DNA of 59,956 nucleotides from a virus (Duplodnaviria; Caudoviricetes): IMG/VR virus record IMGVR_UViG_3300049141_000020, positions 1 to 59,956 of that record; one strand, 5' to 3'. Shown piece by piece: positions 58,410 to 59,956 of this stretch (position 1 is its first letter; each line of letters starts with the position of its first letter). The notes under the pieces were generated by a model. It saw only the letters and a program-made list of their open reading frames with translations, ran no database searches and was not told where the DNA came from. The position numbers and the translations under genes were made by a program.

Positions 58410-58437
58410 GGTTGATTCCGTTAGGTTGAATCCGTTA
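58410..58437 (-). promoter_or_regulatory. Tandem pair of the 14-bp operator motif
   Basis: GGTTGATTCCGTTA-GGTTGAATCCGTTA. Confidence 0.75.
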
Positions 58438-58613
58438 GGACCGTAGCATGATCGCTGCGGGTCTGGTCAAGCGGTTCTGTGCACGGAGTCCCCGGAGCTG
58501 GGGACGAACAGACCCTCGCGGCGCTTCGCGCCGGCCCTCGATCGGGTGAGTCGAACCGAGCCAGTGGCGGGCTGTCAGTGAGGTGTGGCAGAGTCTTTGT
58601 CAGCCGGGTAGCC

Positions 58614-58686
58614 CGCTTCCCCGCCGATGCGGGGGTGTTCCAGCTTGCTACTCGCAGTTGTCCCCGCCGACGCGGGGGTGTCTCCG
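58614..58686 (+). CRISPR. Cas-less type I-E-like mini-array: two repeats and a 14-nt spacer
   Basis: CGCTT-CCCCGC-CGAT-GCGGGG-GTGTTCCA and GTTGT-CCCCGC-CGAC-GCGGGG-GTGTCTCCG; 5+6+4+6+8 architecture of I-E repeats. Confidence 0.65.
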
Positions 58687-58808
58687 CGCAAGCGGAGGTG
58701 GATCGCAACGCAAGGCTTCGCGCTAGCGGAGATGAGACGGAAGCCCCCCGGCCTAGCAGCACGGGGGGCCTTCTGCTTTTCCGGCCTGGCTCGTCTGAGA
58801 CACACAAG

Positions 58809-58834
58809 AGGCCCCCTCCGAGAGGAGGGGGCCT
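58809..58834. terminator. Hairpin just downstream of the phage-form integrase stop
   Basis: AGGCCCCCTCC-GAGA-GGAGGGGGCCT. Confidence 0.7.
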
Positions 58835-58846
58835 TCTTCGTGCAGG

Positions 58847-58897
58847 TCAGAGCGCTACAGAGAGAGTGAACGGATATGCAACACGGGAGAACTGGAC
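58847..58897 (-). other. Displaced 3' end of the integrase (phage form: VQFSRVAYPFTLSVAL*)
   Basis: In frame with int when attP is reconstituted; TGA at 58849-58847. Confidence 0.7.
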
Positions 58898-58910
58898 CGA
58901 AGGGACCGAT
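58897..58910 (+). repeat. attR core CCGAAGGGACCGAT
   Basis: Matches attL; followed by the native host tail MPKGMRMPRGGGPKAR*. Confidence 0.88.
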
Positions 58911-58974
58911 GCCGAAGGGCATGCGGATGCCGAGGGGCGGCGGGCCGAAGGCTCGCTGACAACCCGCACACCAC

Positions 58975-59020
58975 ATGAGTGAAGGGGCGGCCGGAGTGAT
59001 CCGGCCGCCCCTTCACTCAT
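58975..59020. terminator. Host bidirectional terminator
   Basis: Perfect long inverted repeat ATGAGTGAAGGGGCGGCCGGA...TCCGGCCGCCCCTTCACTCAT. Confidence 0.8.
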
Positions 59021-59054
59021 GGTCCGTTCGTCCGTGTCAGATTCGGCGTCCGTG

Positions 59055-59522
59055 TCAGATGCGGACCTCGACCGTGCCCGCCAGCCGGTCGTGCAGGCCC
59101 CGGCCGTCGCGGTCCCAGATCAGGGCGGGGATCGCGAGGAAGAGCAGGACCGTGCGCAGCACCGCGCGCCACGGGCTGACGCGGCCGGTGTCCAGGGCGA
59201 GCACCCGCAGGCCGAGGAGCCGCTTGCCCGGCGTGAAGCCGACCGTACCGACCGTGAGCACCATCAGGGCGAACATGATGAGCGGTGCCCAGATCTGGGC
59301 CGCTTCGTTGTAGCTCTGGGTGATGAGACCGTATGCGATCAGGAGGCTCAGGCCCCAGTCCACGGCGAGGGCGCCGAGCCGCCGCCCCGGGCGGGCGATC
59401 GAGCCGGGTCCCTCCTCGGGCAGACCGAGCTGCTCGCCCCGGTATCCGAAGTCGACACCGGCCTCTTCCGCGGCCGCGCGGGGCCCGGAAAGCCACGATC
59501 CGAGTGCTTGCCTGTTGTCCAC
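59055..59522 (-). CDS. RDD family membrane protein (host)
   Basis: RRLGALAVDW, TPGKRLLGLRV, RGLHDRLAGT. Confidence 0.92.
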   Translation of the reverse strand: MDNRQALGSWLSGPRAAAEEAGVDFGYRGEQLGLPEEGPGSIARPGRRLGALAVDWGLSLLIAYGLITQSYNEAAQIWAPLIMFALMVLTVGTVGFTPGKRLLGLRVLALDTGRVSPWRAVLRTVLLFLAIPALIWDRDGRGLHDRLAGTVEVRI

Positions 59523-59597
59523 CCGTCCACGGTACTGCGCCCGTAAATGACCAGGGCACGGCGGGGTGCGTCGGGGCTACGGTGGAAGGTGAGCCGG

Positions 59598-59635
59598 TTA
59601 ACTTGTGCGAAACAAATGAGTCACGCCCGAGAAAC
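59598..59635 (+). promoter_or_regulatory. GlnR boxes upstream of glnA
   Basis: TTAAC-n6-GAAAC-n6-GTCAC-n6-GAAAC. Confidence 0.85.
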
Positions 59636-59732
59636 CACCCGTCCCTAGGGTCGAGGTCAGCGTGTGCCACCCGCACTGGCCGCACGAACGAACTACCACC
59701 CCGGCGGGACGGTCGGGAGTAGGAGGAGCTGG

Positions 59733-59956
59733 ATGTTCCAGAACGCCGACGAGGCCAAGAAGTTCATCGCGGACGAGGACGTCAAGTTCATCGACGTCCG
59801 CTTCTGCGACCTGCCGGGCGTGATGCAGCACTTCACGGTGCCTGCCGAGGCGTTCGACGCGGACGAGGAGCTGGCCTTCGACGGCTCGTCCATCCGCGGC
59901 TTCCAGGCCATCCACGAGTCCGACATGGCGCTGCGCGCGGACCTGTCGACCGCCCG
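59733..59956 (+). CDS. glnA: Glutamine synthetase I, 5' part (runs off the window)
   Basis: AGGAGG RBS; [34 protein letters not shown]...[17 protein letters not shown]. Confidence 0.96.
   Translation, partial: MFQNADEAKKFIADEDVKFIDVRFCDLPGVMQHFTVPAEAFDADEELAFDGSSIRGFQAIHESDMALRADLSTA

Larger units (their letters stand above)
107..58910. mobile_element. Apparently complete temperate siphovirus prophage (R4-like / cluster A-like gene content)
   Basis: Bounded by near-identical 14-bp att repeats; has integrase, replication, head, tail and lysis modules. Confidence 0.95.

Noticed and set aside
58485-58511. Possible third degenerate I-E-like repeat (GGAGT-CCCCG-GAGC-TGGGG-ACGAACAG)
   Set aside because: Shorter stem, low identity and ~100 nt from the next repeat

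Overview
High-GC actinobacterial DNA, almost certainly Streptomyces. An apparently complete ~58.8 kb temperate siphovirus prophage (attL ~107-120, attR ~58897-58910) is integrated in the 3' end of a DUF4191-type gene upstream of the host RDD gene and glnA. The gene content resembles R4-like Streptomyces phages and cluster A mycobacteriophages. From left to right it carries a serine integrase, a leftward replication/nucleotide-metabolism arm (dCMP deaminase, PolA, ThyX, class II RNR, split primase, EndoVII, helicase, RecB-like nuclease, repressor), HNH, a tRNA cluster, rightward head/tail/lysis genes, a second ~14 kb leftward block of mostly unknown genes, and a plasmid/AICE-like accessory end. 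Most notable: (1) the large terminase is interrupted exactly in both ATPase motifs, by a 4-nt TTAG insert containing the rare TTA codon at Walker A and by a 49-nt stop+hairpin gap with matched flanks at Walker B, suggesting double translational bypassing; (2) a cas-less two-repeat type I-E-like CRISPR mini-array whose 14-nt spacer partly matches the neighbouring phage gene; (3) attP lies inside the integrase gene, so integration swaps the integrase C-terminus while the opposite strand rebuilds the host gene's tail; (4) four covarying GUCGAUG-loop hairpins, probable CTG start codons, atypical tRNA-like genes and three Lsr2-derived genes. Family assignments are from motif recognition only; no searches were run.
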